This document shows, piece after piece, positions 33,888-42,691 of a stretch of 64,000 bases of DNA. This DNA is from Bacteroidales bacterium (lineage in GTDB: Bacteria; Bacteroidota; Bacteroidia; Bacteroidales; Paludibacteraceae), in contig SUXC01000014.1 in assembly GCA_015061165.1 (NCBI GenBank), positions 3,584-67,583 on the forward strand. The letters are read 5' to 3'. Every line of letters starts with the position of its first letter. Position 1 is the stretch's first letter. Position numbers and translations under genes: made by a program. The notes under the pieces are model-generated. The model saw only the letters and a list, made by a program, of their open reading frames with translations, was not told the origin of the DNA and ran no database searches.

Positions 33888-36011
33888 ATGAATACAATGA
33901 ACAACAAAACCGAAAACCTACAGCGTTTCGCTATTAACCTCTGCGAACGTGCCCAACAGGGCAAACTCGACCCCGTGATTGGTCGTGATGATGAGATCCG
34001 TCGTGTATTGCAAATCCTCTCACGCCGTACCAAGAACAATCCTATCCTCATTGGCGAGCCTGGTGTGGGTAAGACCGCTATTGTGGAGGGCTTGGCGCAT
34101 CGTATCATTCGTGGCGATGTCCCCGAGAACCTAAAAAAGAAACAGATATACTCCCTCGATATGGGTGCGCTCATTGCAGGTGCCAAGTACCAAGGCGAGT
34201 TTGAGGAACGCCTCAAAGGTGTTATTGCCGAAGTTACTAATGCAGCAGGCGAGATTATCCTTTTTATAGATGAGATACACACGCTCGTTGGCGCGGGCAA
34301 GAGCTCAGGCGCGATGGATGCTGCCAATATCCTCAAACCTGCCCTTGCGCGTGGCGACCTACGCGCTGTGGGTGCAACCACCCTCGATGAGTATCAGAAA
34401 TATTTTGAGACAGACAAGGCTCTTGAACGCCGTTTCCAGATGGTCATGGTCAATGAACCCGATGAGGCTGCCACTATCTCCATATTGCGCGGACTCAAAG
34501 AGCGCTACGAGACCCACCACAAAGTGCGTATCAAGGATGATGCCCTTATCGCTGCTGTTGCCCTATCCACGCGCTATATCACCGACCGTTTTCTGCCTGA
34601 TAAGGCGATAGATTTGGTGGATGAAGCAGCAGCCAAATTGCGCCTCGAAGTGGATTCCAAGCCCGAAGAATTGGATAACCTCAATCGCCAAATTATGCAA
34701 TTGCAAATCGAGCGCGAGGCCATTAAGCGCGAGCACGACAAAGCCAAACTGGCTACGATTGAAGAGCAACTGAGCAAATTCCAAGCGGAGGCCAAAGACA
34801 TGAACGCGCGTTGGGAACAGGAGAAGGGCTATGTAGCAACTATCCAGAACGAGAAAGCCCATATTGAGCAGATGAAACGCGAAGCAGAGATAGCCGAGCG
34901 AGAGGGCAACTACGAAAAAGTAGCCACCATCCGCTATGGCAAAATCCAACAAGCAGAAGCCAATATCCGTGCTGCACAAGAGGCGTTGCATGCCATGCAA
35001 GGTGAGAGCCTGATTAAGGAAGAGGTGGATGAGGACGATATAGCCGAAGTAGTAGCTCGTTGGACAGGTATTCCTGTCACGAAGATGATGCAGTCCGAGC
35101 GCGACAAACTGCTGCACCTTGAGGAGGAACTGCACCGTCGCGTAGTGGGGCAAGATGAAGCAATACAGGCTGTCAGCGATGCTATCCGTCGCTCTCGTGC
35201 GGGCTTGCAAGACCCCAAACGTCCTATTGGTTCGTTCATTTTCCTCGGTACAACGGGTGTAGGTAAGACGGAACTTGCCAAAGCCCTCGCCGACTATCTG
35301 TTCGATGATGAGAACATGATGACCCGTATCGACATGTCGGAGTATCAGGAGAAGTTTGCAGCCACCCGACTGATTGGTGCGCCTCCGGGATATGTGGGCT
35401 ATGACGAGGGTGGACAACTCACCGAGGCAATCCGTCGCAAACCCTATAGCGTGGTGCTGTTTGATGAGATTGAGAAGGCGCACCCCGATGTGTTCAATGT
35501 GCTATTGCAGGTATTGGATGACGGCCGTCTGACCGACAATAAGGGGCGCACGGTAAATTTCAAGAACACCCTGATTATCTTCACTTCGAACCTTGGTAGC
35601 CAACTCATTCGCGAGAATGAGGAGAAGGGCATTGACCACGAGACAACGAGCCAACAGGTCATGGATTTGCTTCGCCAGACTGTCCGTCCTGAGTTCCTTA
35701 ATCGTATTGATGAGACGATTATGTTCACCCCACTGGATGAGGCGCAGATTCGTGATATTGTAGGCTTGCAGATTGAGGGCGTACATAAGATGCTCTTGCA
35801 GAATGGCATTGACCTGCGCGTAACGGACGATGCGATAGATTATATTGCCCATGAGGGTTATGATCCGCAGTTTGGTGCTCGCCCTGTGAAGCGTGCGTTG
35901 CAGCGTTTGGTACTCAACGAATTGAGCAAGAGTATCATCGCAGGCAAGGTGAACCAATCCCGCCCTGTGATAGTCGAACTCTTAAACGGCGAACTCCACT
36001 TCAAGAACTGA
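33888..36011 (+). CDS. clpB: ClpB-type AAA+ disaggregase lacking the N-terminal domain
   Basis: 707 aa from the first ATG (the track start at 33870 is non-ATG). Walker A GEPGVGKT and GTTGVGKT, with a coiled-coil middle domain. The protein begins just before GKLDPVIGRDDEIRR, the start of NBD1. Confidence 0.85.
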   Translation: MNTMNNKTENLQRFAINLCERAQQGKLDPVIGRDDEIRRVLQILSRRTKNNPILIGEPGVGKTAIVEGLAHRIIRGDVPENLKKKQIYSLDMGALIAGAKYQGEFEERLKGVIAEVTNAAGEIILFIDEIHTLVGAGKSSGAMDAANILKPALARGDLRAVGATTLDEYQKYFETDKALERRFQMVMVNEPDEAATISILRGLKERYETHHKVRIKDDALIAAVALSTRYITDRFLPDKAIDLVDEAAAKLRLEVDSKPEELDNLNRQIMQLQIEREAIKREHDKAKLATIEEQLSKFQAEAKDMNARWEQEKGYVATIQNEKAHIEQMKREAEIAEREGNYEKVATIRYGKIQQAEANIRAAQEALHAMQGESLIKEEVDEDDIAEVVARWTGIPVTKMMQSERDKLLHLEEELHRRVVGQDEAIQAVSDAIRRSRAGLQDPKRPIGSFIFLGTTGVGKTELAKALADYLFDDENMMTRIDMSEYQEKFAATRLIGAPPGYVGYDEGGQLTEAIRRKPYSVVLFDEIEKAHPDVFNVLLQVLDDGRLTDNKGRTVNFKNTLIIFTSNLGSQLIRENEEKGIDHETTSQQVMDLLRQTVRPEFLNRIDETIMFTPLDEAQIRDIVGLQIEGVHKMLLQNGIDLRVTDDAIDYIAHEGYDPQFGARPVKRALQRLVLNELSKSIIAGKVNQSRPVIVELLNGELHFKN

Positions 36012-36015
36012 TACC

Positions 36016-36057
36016 TTAATCGGTCATTAGACAATCCTTTGTCTAATGACCGATTAA
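36016..36057. terminator. Bidirectional terminator hairpin (clpB / FISUMP gene)
   Basis: Perfect 18-bp stem ttaatcggtcattagaca / tgtctaatgaccgattaa with a 6-nt loop. Confidence 0.7.
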
Positions 36058-36082
36058 AGCAATTTCTGTAAACAGCAATGTA

Positions 36083-36727
36083 TTACGGGCAGACTGGGCG
36101 CACGGATAATCCATTGCTACGGCTGCCGTTGTTGCAGTCCATGTACGCACCGCTCGTATTGAATACCATTTTGTACGCTCTGTTCGGGTTGTTCGTGTTG
36201 AGCGAACTCGACCAATAGCTTCCTGCATTGTATAGCGAAGTGCTTGCTGGAAGGAAAATGCTATTGCCGTTGCTCTTACTGGTTACACTGCAACCCTTCA
36301 CACCGTTTTTAGTAGTCCATGTCCATGTACATTGTTCACATAATTCGGTTAGTTCTGCAGCGGTAGGCATACGCCAAGCACCACTCCAATTCTTATATGC
36401 AGCATCATTGCTCAATGGAAGAATAGTTGGATTAACACCATACGAATAGTTCGAAGTAGTATATGTAGTCTTTGGGGTAGTCTCGCCCCATGCAAAGTAA
36501 TCTCCGTAATCTTCTGGGCTATTTGCACCTACATTGCAGGTTGCCCACTTTACACTTAACCCTAAATCTACCCATTCGTGACCATTTTCTTTATTCAGTT
36601 CAGACTCAGGCTCTGTAGTCGTCCCTGTTACGAATACGATTTTGTCATCAGCCTCGCAGGCGGAGAAGGTGGCAAGCATTAGTAGTGCTGCCACAAAGGA
36701 AAATATATGTATATATCTATTTGTCAT
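36083..36727 (-). CDS. FISUMP/DUF1566-like lipoprotein
   Basis: 214 aa. Lipoprotein signal ...LATFSAC. WVDLGLSVKWATCNVGA...WRMPTAAEL...SYWSSS...GLSVRPVC pattern. Confidence 0.7.
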   Translation of the reverse strand: MTNRYIHIFSFVAALLMLATFSACEADDKIVFVTGTTTEPESELNKENGHEWVDLGLSVKWATCNVGANSPEDYGDYFAWGETTPKTTYTTSNYSYGVNPTILPLSNDAAYKNWSGAWRMPTAAELTELCEQCTWTWTTKNGVKGCSVTSKSNGNSIFLPASTSLYNAGSYWSSSLNTNNPNRAYKMVFNTSGAYMDCNNGSRSNGLSVRPVCP

Positions 36728-36757
36728 AACTTTACGCTATTTAGTCTGTTTCATACA

Positions 36758-38269
36758 TTAAAAGGTCCAACCTATACCAAACTCTACCTCCATATACTTG
36801 AAGCCAATGGTATTTACACCTGCCGACAGCGTGAAGCCATACACACTGCCAATCACACCCGCATCAACACTCACACCCGAATAGGAGTTAGGCATATACT
36901 TCTTCCAGCCATCAGTTACCGTCTCCAAATACCTTGTTCGTGCGCCATAACCTGCACCTAAATACATACCCAAATGATTGCGAGGGGATTTCTTCTCCCA
37001 CGTGCGGAACAAGTCAAACACTATACCCGCATTCATCAACCACTCCGAAGACTTGCCACTCAAGCAATCAGGCAGCGCGTTAAAACTCTCTATCTGACCT
37101 TTGACATCCTTCATTATCGTGAAATTAGAGCGACCTTTCAGGTACCAACCTACTCCATTATACATCTGTCCGAACCTCAGACCAACACCCCACTCGGGAT
37201 TCTTAGCGATACCCACCTCTGCCAACAAGAGCGTTCGCGTTCCTTCAGAAGGGGTTTTACTGCTCTTTTCCTTAACGGTACGTTTACCACTATCGGGAAT
37301 AGCAGCGATATTGGTTGATTCGGCATTGGTTTTGCCCTTTCGCTTAGACACCAACATAGGCGATACGAAGATATGGTCGCCAGGCTTAATCTCCACCGTA
37401 TCTGTCCATGGCAGATGTTTAGGCTTATTGATAGACAATATATAACTGCCTGGCACACAGCGCATATCCGTCAGAGGCAAAGGGTAGCTCATTCCCATAG
37501 CACCCATGCGTTGCACCTCTACCATGACCGTTGTATCCCCGTGTTCGACCGTCAAAGAGCCATACTTGCTCAGCAACGCAATAGTCGTATCACGATGCTC
37601 GGCATCTACCGTCAGCGTACCCTCTAAATCGTAGTAGTCAGGTGCGGTAATGGTATATTGGTACTCTCCCTCCAATAGATTAAGATTGGCAATGCCCTCA
37701 TTGAGTATCCACTCTTGTTTCACACCGTTTGCCACCACTATCACCTGCGCATTGGCAGGGGTGACAGTCAGCTTGTATGGGTGAAGCACCACGCCCGAAT
37801 GGGTGTCCGCACTGCCTTCAGAGCTTTCGGGAATGAAGCGTACCGTACAGTCGTACAGGCAGTTAGATTGCAGTTTCTGCATATTGCTCAGCAGCACCTG
37901 TTCGCAGCCATCGCCACAGTCAATATAAATCAACGGACGGCGCGCACGCACCAAAAATAGTATCTGGTTGGAATACGTAGTAACTCGCGCCTCTACGCCC
38001 GTCTGCTGACCCATATACAGGGTCAAACGCTCCTTAGCAGCACGCACAGCATGCGCATTGCCCTCTAAGTTCATACGAATAACGGCATAAGGGAATGGGT
38101 CGGACAAAGCAGGTTTCTCGAAACTACCAAACTCATTCTTATACATCGCCAACACAGATGCCATCTGCACCTGCTTAATATCCTTGACAATCATCACCGA
38201 CTGCGCTACAACGGGCATAATCCCCAAACAGAAGCACAAAAGGGTTACTAATAATCTTGTCTTTCTCAT
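36758..38269 (-). CDS. PEGA-domain protein with C-terminal beta-barrel-like region
   Basis: 503 aa with a signal peptide. PEGA-like repeats (GEYQYTITAPDYYDLEGTLTV; GSYILSINKPKHLPWTDTVEI). The aromatic-rich C-terminus ends ...GIGWTF. Confidence 0.7.
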   Translation of the reverse strand: MRKTRLLVTLLCFCLGIMPVVAQSVMIVKDIKQVQMASVLAMYKNEFGSFEKPALSDPFPYAVIRMNLEGNAHAVRAAKERLTLYMGQQTGVEARVTTYSNQILFLVRARRPLIYIDCGDGCEQVLLSNMQKLQSNCLYDCTVRFIPESSEGSADTHSGVVLHPYKLTVTPANAQVIVVANGVKQEWILNEGIANLNLLEGEYQYTITAPDYYDLEGTLTVDAEHRDTTIALLSKYGSLTVEHGDTTVMVEVQRMGAMGMSYPLPLTDMRCVPGSYILSINKPKHLPWTDTVEIKPGDHIFVSPMLVSKRKGKTNAESTNIAAIPDSGKRTVKEKSSKTPSEGTRTLLLAEVGIAKNPEWGVGLRFGQMYNGVGWYLKGRSNFTIMKDVKGQIESFNALPDCLSGKSSEWLMNAGIVFDLFRTWEKKSPRNHLGMYLGAGYGARTRYLETVTDGWKKYMPNSYSGVSVDAGVIGSVYGFTLSAGVNTIGFKYMEVEFGIGWTF

Positions 38270-38348
38270 ATTACAATCAACACCAATATATAATGTGGAC
38301 TTAACCCACGCAATATACTATTTTTAGGATACATTTAATTTCAATCTG

Positions 38349-38356
38349 CAAAGGTA
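38349..38356 (-). promoter_or_regulatory. -7 box TACCTTTG for the PEGA gene
   Basis: 80 nt from the ATG. Confidence 0.6.
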
Positions 38357-38439
38357 CTGCTTTTTTGTGACATATACAAGCGAAATGCTATTTATTTCTT
38401 TTTATATCCACTTTTTCGTTACTTTTCTATTATAACAAT

Positions 38440-38470
38440 ACCAGCATCGCCCATTTTGAGCGATGCTGGT
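38440..38470. terminator. Hairpin downstream of the holin-like gene
   Basis: Perfect 11-bp stem accagcatcgc / gcgatgctggt with a 9-nt loop. Confidence 0.55.
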
Positions 38471-38496
38471 GAATAATAGCCATCAATTGTGAAGAA

Positions 38497-38991
38497 TTAT
38501 ACCTCCTTCTTAGGCGAAATGATTTCTCGTAAGAGCGCAAAGAGCTGCTGCACCTGTGCCCAGTCGCGTTGCACGGTCGCGAGGTCGCGCTGTAGCAGTT
38601 CGCGCTGCATAGCGGATTGGTTTTCAATGGATTGCTTCTGTTGCTTTAGTGGAGCAGGATTATCCATTACTACTTCGCTCAGGTGCTTCTCTATTGGGCG
38701 CACAAACCACAACCGTCTGCCCCAATACACCCCTAACGCTATCAATCCCATGCCACCTGCTATCACCAAATATGATGCCCACATCGGCAGCCATTGTTCG
38801 AGCCATGCAGCCAAAGCAATCGCCAAGAAAATGAGTCCAATAACCACAATGGCGGTGATAGCAACAATCGTCATTATCAGTCCTATCAGCAGGCTCATCT
38901 GCTCTATACTCTGCACTTTCAGCAGTTGGAATTGCGACTTCGTATATGACTGTATATCAGTTAGTAACTGATTGTATAAATTTCCGTTCAT
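38497..38991 (-). CDS. Holin-X / DUF1469-like membrane protein
   Basis: 164 aa with two TM helices. It sits directly downstream of a YtxH gene, a common pairing in Bacteroidota. Confidence 0.6.
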   Translation of the reverse strand: MNGNLYNQLLTDIQSYTKSQFQLLKVQSIEQMSLLIGLIMTIVAITAIVVIGLIFLAIALAAWLEQWLPMWASYLVIAGGMGLIALGVYWGRRLWFVRPIEKHLSEVVMDNPAPLKQQKQSIENQSAMQRELLQRDLATVQRDWAQVQQLFALLREIISPKKEV

Positions 38992-39025
38992 AGTCTTTAG
39001 GTTAGAGGTTAGAGGTTAAAGGCAC
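38991..39025. repeat. GAGGTTA heptamer module filling the ytxH-stop / holin-start gap
   Basis: tagtctt taggtta gaggtta gaggtta aaggcac. The gap runs from 38992 to 39028. Confidence 0.8.
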
Positions 39026-39028
39026 AGA

Positions 39029-39289
39029 TTATTTGGCAGCATCTTCTACTGCTGCTTCGAGATCGGCTTTGCAGTGGCAGTTGCAGAGTCCGTTTTTGAT
39101 ACGTTTCATCACTTTGTCCACGAGATGAGAAATCTCATCCATGTTCATGTTTTTGTACTTCTCGCGAGCGATAGCTGCGATTTCGGCGCGCAGTTCCCTG
39201 CCACTCTTTGGAGCGAGCATTAATGCTGCTGTTGCTCCCACTACGGCTCCACCTAAGAGAGCCAATAGCATTTTGGTTACATTTGTCAT
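39029..39289 (-). CDS. YtxH domain protein
   Basis: 86 aa. LLALLGGAVVGATAALMLAPKSGRELR is the YtxH signature. Confidence 0.8.
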   Translation of the reverse strand: MTNVTKMLLALLGGAVVGATAALMLAPKSGRELRAEIAAIAREKYKNMNMDEISHLVDKVMKRIKNGLCNCHCKADLEAAVEDAAK

Positions 39290-39539
39290 AGTTGGTTTGG
39301 TTTAAAAGGTTAATGATTAAGGTTTAGGTTTATTATCAATTAGGGCAAGAGCTTTTTCTGCCCTTGCCCTAATCCACGCAATTTCCGTGCCAAAGCAAAT
39401 TACACCTTATCAAATGCGCCAACTTCCCAAATGAAATTCGTCCAAATTCCCCAATAGTACAAAAACTCATCCTGCAAATCTGAATCATAGCCATTAGTTT
39501 TTGAGGAACACATCATTATAAAAACTGCTGACACCTATA

Positions 39540-39605
39540 GGAACTCCATGGGAACTCTACGGTAACTCTACAGGAACTCTACGGGAACTCTACGGGAACT
39601 CTACG
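39540..39605. repeat. 6 x 11-mer ggaactctacg
   Basis: ggaactccatg ggaactctacg gtaactctaca ggaactctacg x3. Confidence 0.9.
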
Positions 39606-39758
39606 GCAGATTATAGGAAAACACTACAAAGATATATGCAAAACTATTCAATCCAATTATGACACAAAAAGTAGAATATAAAAAGAATATTAAAAAGAAT
39701 ATAATCACAAAAAAGACAAGTATTGGGGCAAAGATTTGGTTATAACAAAAAAAATATG

Positions 39759-39766
39759 TAATTTTG
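39759..39766 (+). promoter_or_regulatory. -7 box TAATTTTG for the histidine kinase
   Basis: -33 TTTG at 39735-39738 (20-nt spacer). 23 nt to the ATG. Confidence 0.65.
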
Positions 39767-39788
39767 CACCGAAAATAGCAAAATCATT

Positions 39789-40970
39789 ATGAAACGGTTA
39801 AATTCGAATATACTGAGCATAGGAATCACCCTACTACTCGTAATCGTAGTAGTGGTTAGTTCGCTGGTAACCAGTCATATCGTAGAACAGTTTGAACAAG
39901 AAGAGCAAAAGAAAATCGAACTATGGGCAGAAGCTACACGACAATTCATATTGGCAGGCGAGAACGAGAACATTGACCTCCTCCTCCAAGTGATGGAAGG
40001 TAACACCACTATCCCCGTCTATATGGTGGATACCAACTACAACCTACTCCTATCACGCAACGTACAAGAACCCAAACGCAACGTAGAACGATTCTACACC
40101 AAGAAAATCAACGAACTACGCGCCACACAAGAACCTATCGAAGTGCGCATCTCCGACAGCGTGATGCAATATATCTATTACGAGCAATCATCCACATTGC
40201 AATGGCTGTCGTATTTCCCTTATATTCAGTTGGTTGTTATGCTGGCTTTGGCAGCCTTGGCTGCTATAGCCCTGCTCATGGTACAACGCAGCGAGAAGAA
40301 TAGCCTATGGGTAGGACTCTCCAAAGAGACGGCTCACCAACTCGGTACCCCTATCTCCTCGCTCAACGCATGGAACGAACTGCTGAAAGCCACCTACCCC
40401 AACGACCCGTTACTCCCACAAATGGACGAGGATATTCACCGTCTGCAAATGATAGCCGAGCGTTTTTCTAAGATAGGTTCGCAACCGACATTAGAGGAAC
40501 GCGAAGTGCTGCCTATCGTACAATCCGCCATAGACTACATGCGCGCGCGAACATCAAATAAGATAGAATATAAATTGGCTATTGGCGATGGGCAATTGGC
40601 TATTGGCGATAGAGCAAGAGCGATGCTGTGCGCACCGCTATTTGAATGGGTGATTGAAAACCTATGCAAGAACGCCATAGATGCCATGGACGGGAAAGGA
40701 AGTATCACGATTGAAGTGAAAACAGAAAACGGAAAGGGGAAAGCGGAAAACCTATATATTGATATTACTGACACGGGCAAGGGTATTGACCGCAGGAACT
40801 TCAAACGGATATTCCAACCCGGATACACAAGCAAAAAACGCGGATGGGGATTGGGACTGAGCTTAGGCAAGCGTATCATCGAAGATTACCATCGAGGCGA
40901 ACTCTTCGTGAAGCAATCGCAATTGGGTGTCGGTACGACGTTCCGAATCGTGTTGTGTAGCGTGGTGTAG
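39789..40970 (+). CDS. Sensor histidine kinase
   Basis: 393 aa with two TM segments. H-box ETAHQLGTPISSL. ATPase boxes NLCKNAIDA, DTGKGI, GWGLGLS. The stop codon lies inside a decamer repeat array. Confidence 0.85.
   Translation: MKRLNSNILSIGITLLLVIVVVVSSLVTSHIVEQFEQEEQKKIELWAEATRQFILAGENENIDLLLQVMEGNTTIPVYMVDTNYNLLLSRNVQEPKRNVERFYTKKINELRATQEPIEVRISDSVMQYIYYEQSSTLQWLSYFPYIQLVVMLALAALAAIALLMVQRSEKNSLWVGLSKETAHQLGTPISSLNAWNELLKATYPNDPLLPQMDEDIHRLQMIAERFSKIGSQPTLEEREVLPIVQSAIDYMRARTSNKIEYKLAIGDGQLAIGDRARAMLCAPLFEWVIENLCKNAIDAMDGKGSITIEVKTENGKGKAENLYIDITDTGKGIDRRNFKRIFQPGYTSKKRGWGLGLSLGKRIIEDYHRGELFVKQSQLGVGTTFRIVLCSVV
40576..40610. repeat. 5 x 7 nt TGGCKAT module inside the histidine kinase CDS
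   Basis: tggctat tggcgat gggcaat tggctat tggcgat. It encodes LAIGDGQLAIGD. Confidence 0.9.
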
Positions 40971-41750
40971 AGTTGTATAGGATGGTGTAGCGAAAAGCCC
41001 AAAGACCGTTGAGCCTGAGCCCGACATAGCTGCATACACGGCGCCTGCATCTTGTAGGCGCTTTTTTATTTCTGCAATCTCGGAATGAATAGGAAAGACG
41101 GTTTGTTCAAAATCATTGATAAGCAAAGAAGACATATCGGTTAGCGTCTTACCCTCTATCAATGCTTGTTTGATTTGTCCTTCCACTTCAGGGTGGCGCA
41201 CTATTCCAGCATATGCTTCTTTGGTAGAGACTCCGCAATGGGGTTTAATCATCACAAGGCGCAAGCCTCTCAAATCCAACGTAATAGGCGACAACTTATC
41301 GCCAATGCCCTCTGCATAGCAAGGGGTGTTATAGATAAAAAACGGGCAGTCTGCGCCCAAAGGGCGAACCTCTTCTGCGAGTTGCTGCTTGGTCAGTCCC
41401 AGTTGAAAAATCTCATTGAGCGCAATAGCCATATGTGCTGCATCGCTACTGCCACCGCCCAAACCTGCACCAAAAGGAATATTCTTCTTGAAAGTGATTT
41501 TGACATTTCCTATCTGCGGGAAATGTGTCTGCATGCGTTGGTACACCTTATATATAAGGTTGTCAGTAGGAGAGCAGTCCACTACTAAACCGTCTTGCAG
41601 AAAGGCAAACTCCTCTGCCTTCACGACCTCCAACTCATCATGCAAGCCATAGACAGGGTAAAAGATAGTCTCTAAGTCATGATAACCATCTTCGCGCTTG
41701 CGCACCACGCGCAGTCCGATGTTAATCTTGCAGTTGGGATAGAATTTCAT
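40863..41750 (-). CDS. ispE: 4-(cytidine 5'-diphospho)-2-C-methyl-D-erythritol kinase
   Basis: 295 aa. GHMP kinase motif PFGAGLGGGSSDAA. The last 45 aa or so are encoded by a repeat array plus the antisense of the kinase gene 3' end. Confidence 0.88.
   Translation of the reverse strand: MKFYPNCKINIGLRVVRKREDGYHDLETIFYPVYGLHDELEVVKAEEFAFLQDGLVVDCSPTDNLIYKVYQRMQTHFPQIGNVKITFKKNIPFGAGLGGGSSDAAHMAIALNEIFQLGLTKQQLAEEVRPLGADCPFFIYNTPCYAEGIGDKLSPITLDLRGLRLVMIKPHCGVSTKEAYAGIVRHPEVEGQIKQALIEGKTLTDMSSLLINDFEQTVFPIHSEIAEIKKRLQDAGAVYAAMSGSGSTVFGLFATPSYTTLHHATQHDSERRTDTQLRLLHEEFASMVIFDDTLA
40951..40990. repeat. 4 x 10-mer (GTTGTGTAG family) at the kinase stop / ispE tail
   Basis: tgttgtgtag cgtggtgtag agttgtatag gatggtgtag. 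Confidence 0.85.
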
Positions 41751-42607
41751 TATACGGTATCCATGAAGGACTTTTGCACCTTATTAAATACGATAATGCC
41801 GACAGCCAACAACACCACCATGAAGCCAAAACTATAGCCAAGCATCCACCAATCATGATTACCCACACCCAACATACCATACTTGAAGAACTCCACAATA
41901 CCCGTCAGCGGATTGAGCTGCATGACAAGGCGCAGTTTCTCGTTGGTAATAGTAGAAAGAGGATAAATAACTGGAGTAGCATACATCCACAGGCTGACAA
42001 AGAAACTCAATAGGAGTTGCAAGTCGCGGTACTTAGTGGTCATACTGGAAAACAAGATACCAAAGCCCAATGCCAAGCCTGCCAACATGACAATCAGCAC
42101 AGGAAGCAGCAGGGCATACCAATTGGTATGTATCTGAACATCAGTGAATAACGCATAATAGGCATACACCACAAGGAACAAGGCGAACTGGATACCAAAG
42201 CGCACAAGGTTGCTAATCACATCGCTCAGCGGAGTCACCAAACGAGGGAAATACACCTTGCCAAAAATACCCGCGTTGCTGACAAACGTATTAGACGTCT
42301 TACCCAAGCAGTCCGCGAAATACTGCCAAAAACTGATACCCGCCAAATAGAACAATGGTTGAGGCAAACCATCGGTAGAAATCTTGGCAATACCACCGAA
42401 CACCACCATATACATAACAGTAGTCATCAACGGTTGGATGACATACCACAGAGGACCGAGGACAGTCTGCTTGTACTGCGTAATGATATTACGCTTGACA
42501 AACAACATCATCAAATCGCGATAACGCCAAATTTCCTTGAAATCTACGGATAAAAGACTATCTTTTGGACGAATTTCGGTCGTCCAACCTTGTTCCATTT
42601 CTGCCAT
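41750..42607 (-). CDS. ABC-2 type transporter permease (Wzm/TagG-like)
   Basis: I place the start at MAEMEQGW (rc ATG 42605-42607), 19 nt from the promoter box. IWRYRDLMMLFVKRNIITQYKQTVLGPLWYVIQP is the ABC-2 exporter N-terminal block. Confidence 0.85.
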   Translation of the reverse strand: MAEMEQGWTTEIRPKDSLLSVDFKEIWRYRDLMMLFVKRNIITQYKQTVLGPLWYVIQPLMTTVMYMVVFGGIAKISTDGLPQPLFYLAGISFWQYFADCLGKTSNTFVSNAGIFGKVYFPRLVTPLSDVISNLVRFGIQFALFLVVYAYYALFTDVQIHTNWYALLLPVLIVMLAGLALGFGILFSSMTTKYRDLQLLLSFFVSLWMYATPVIYPLSTITNEKLRLVMQLNPLTGIVEFFKYGMLGVGNHDWWMLGYSFGFMVVLLAVGIIVFNKVQKSFMDTV

Positions 42608-42625
42608 AATTATAGAATTTGGGTG

Positions 42626-42673
42626 CAAAGGTACACTTTTTTTTGCAAATATGCAAATTTATTTGTACCTTTG
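42626..42673. promoter_or_regulatory. Back-to-back divergent promoters (ABC-2 permease / dnaX)
   Basis: CAAAGGTA at 42626-42633 (minus strand) and TACCTTTG at 42666-42673 (plus strand). Their -33 elements form TTTGCA-AATA-TGCAAA at 42642-42657. Each -7 box is 19 nt from its ATG. Confidence 0.7.
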
Positions 42674-42691
42674 CGCGTTAATTGTATATTT

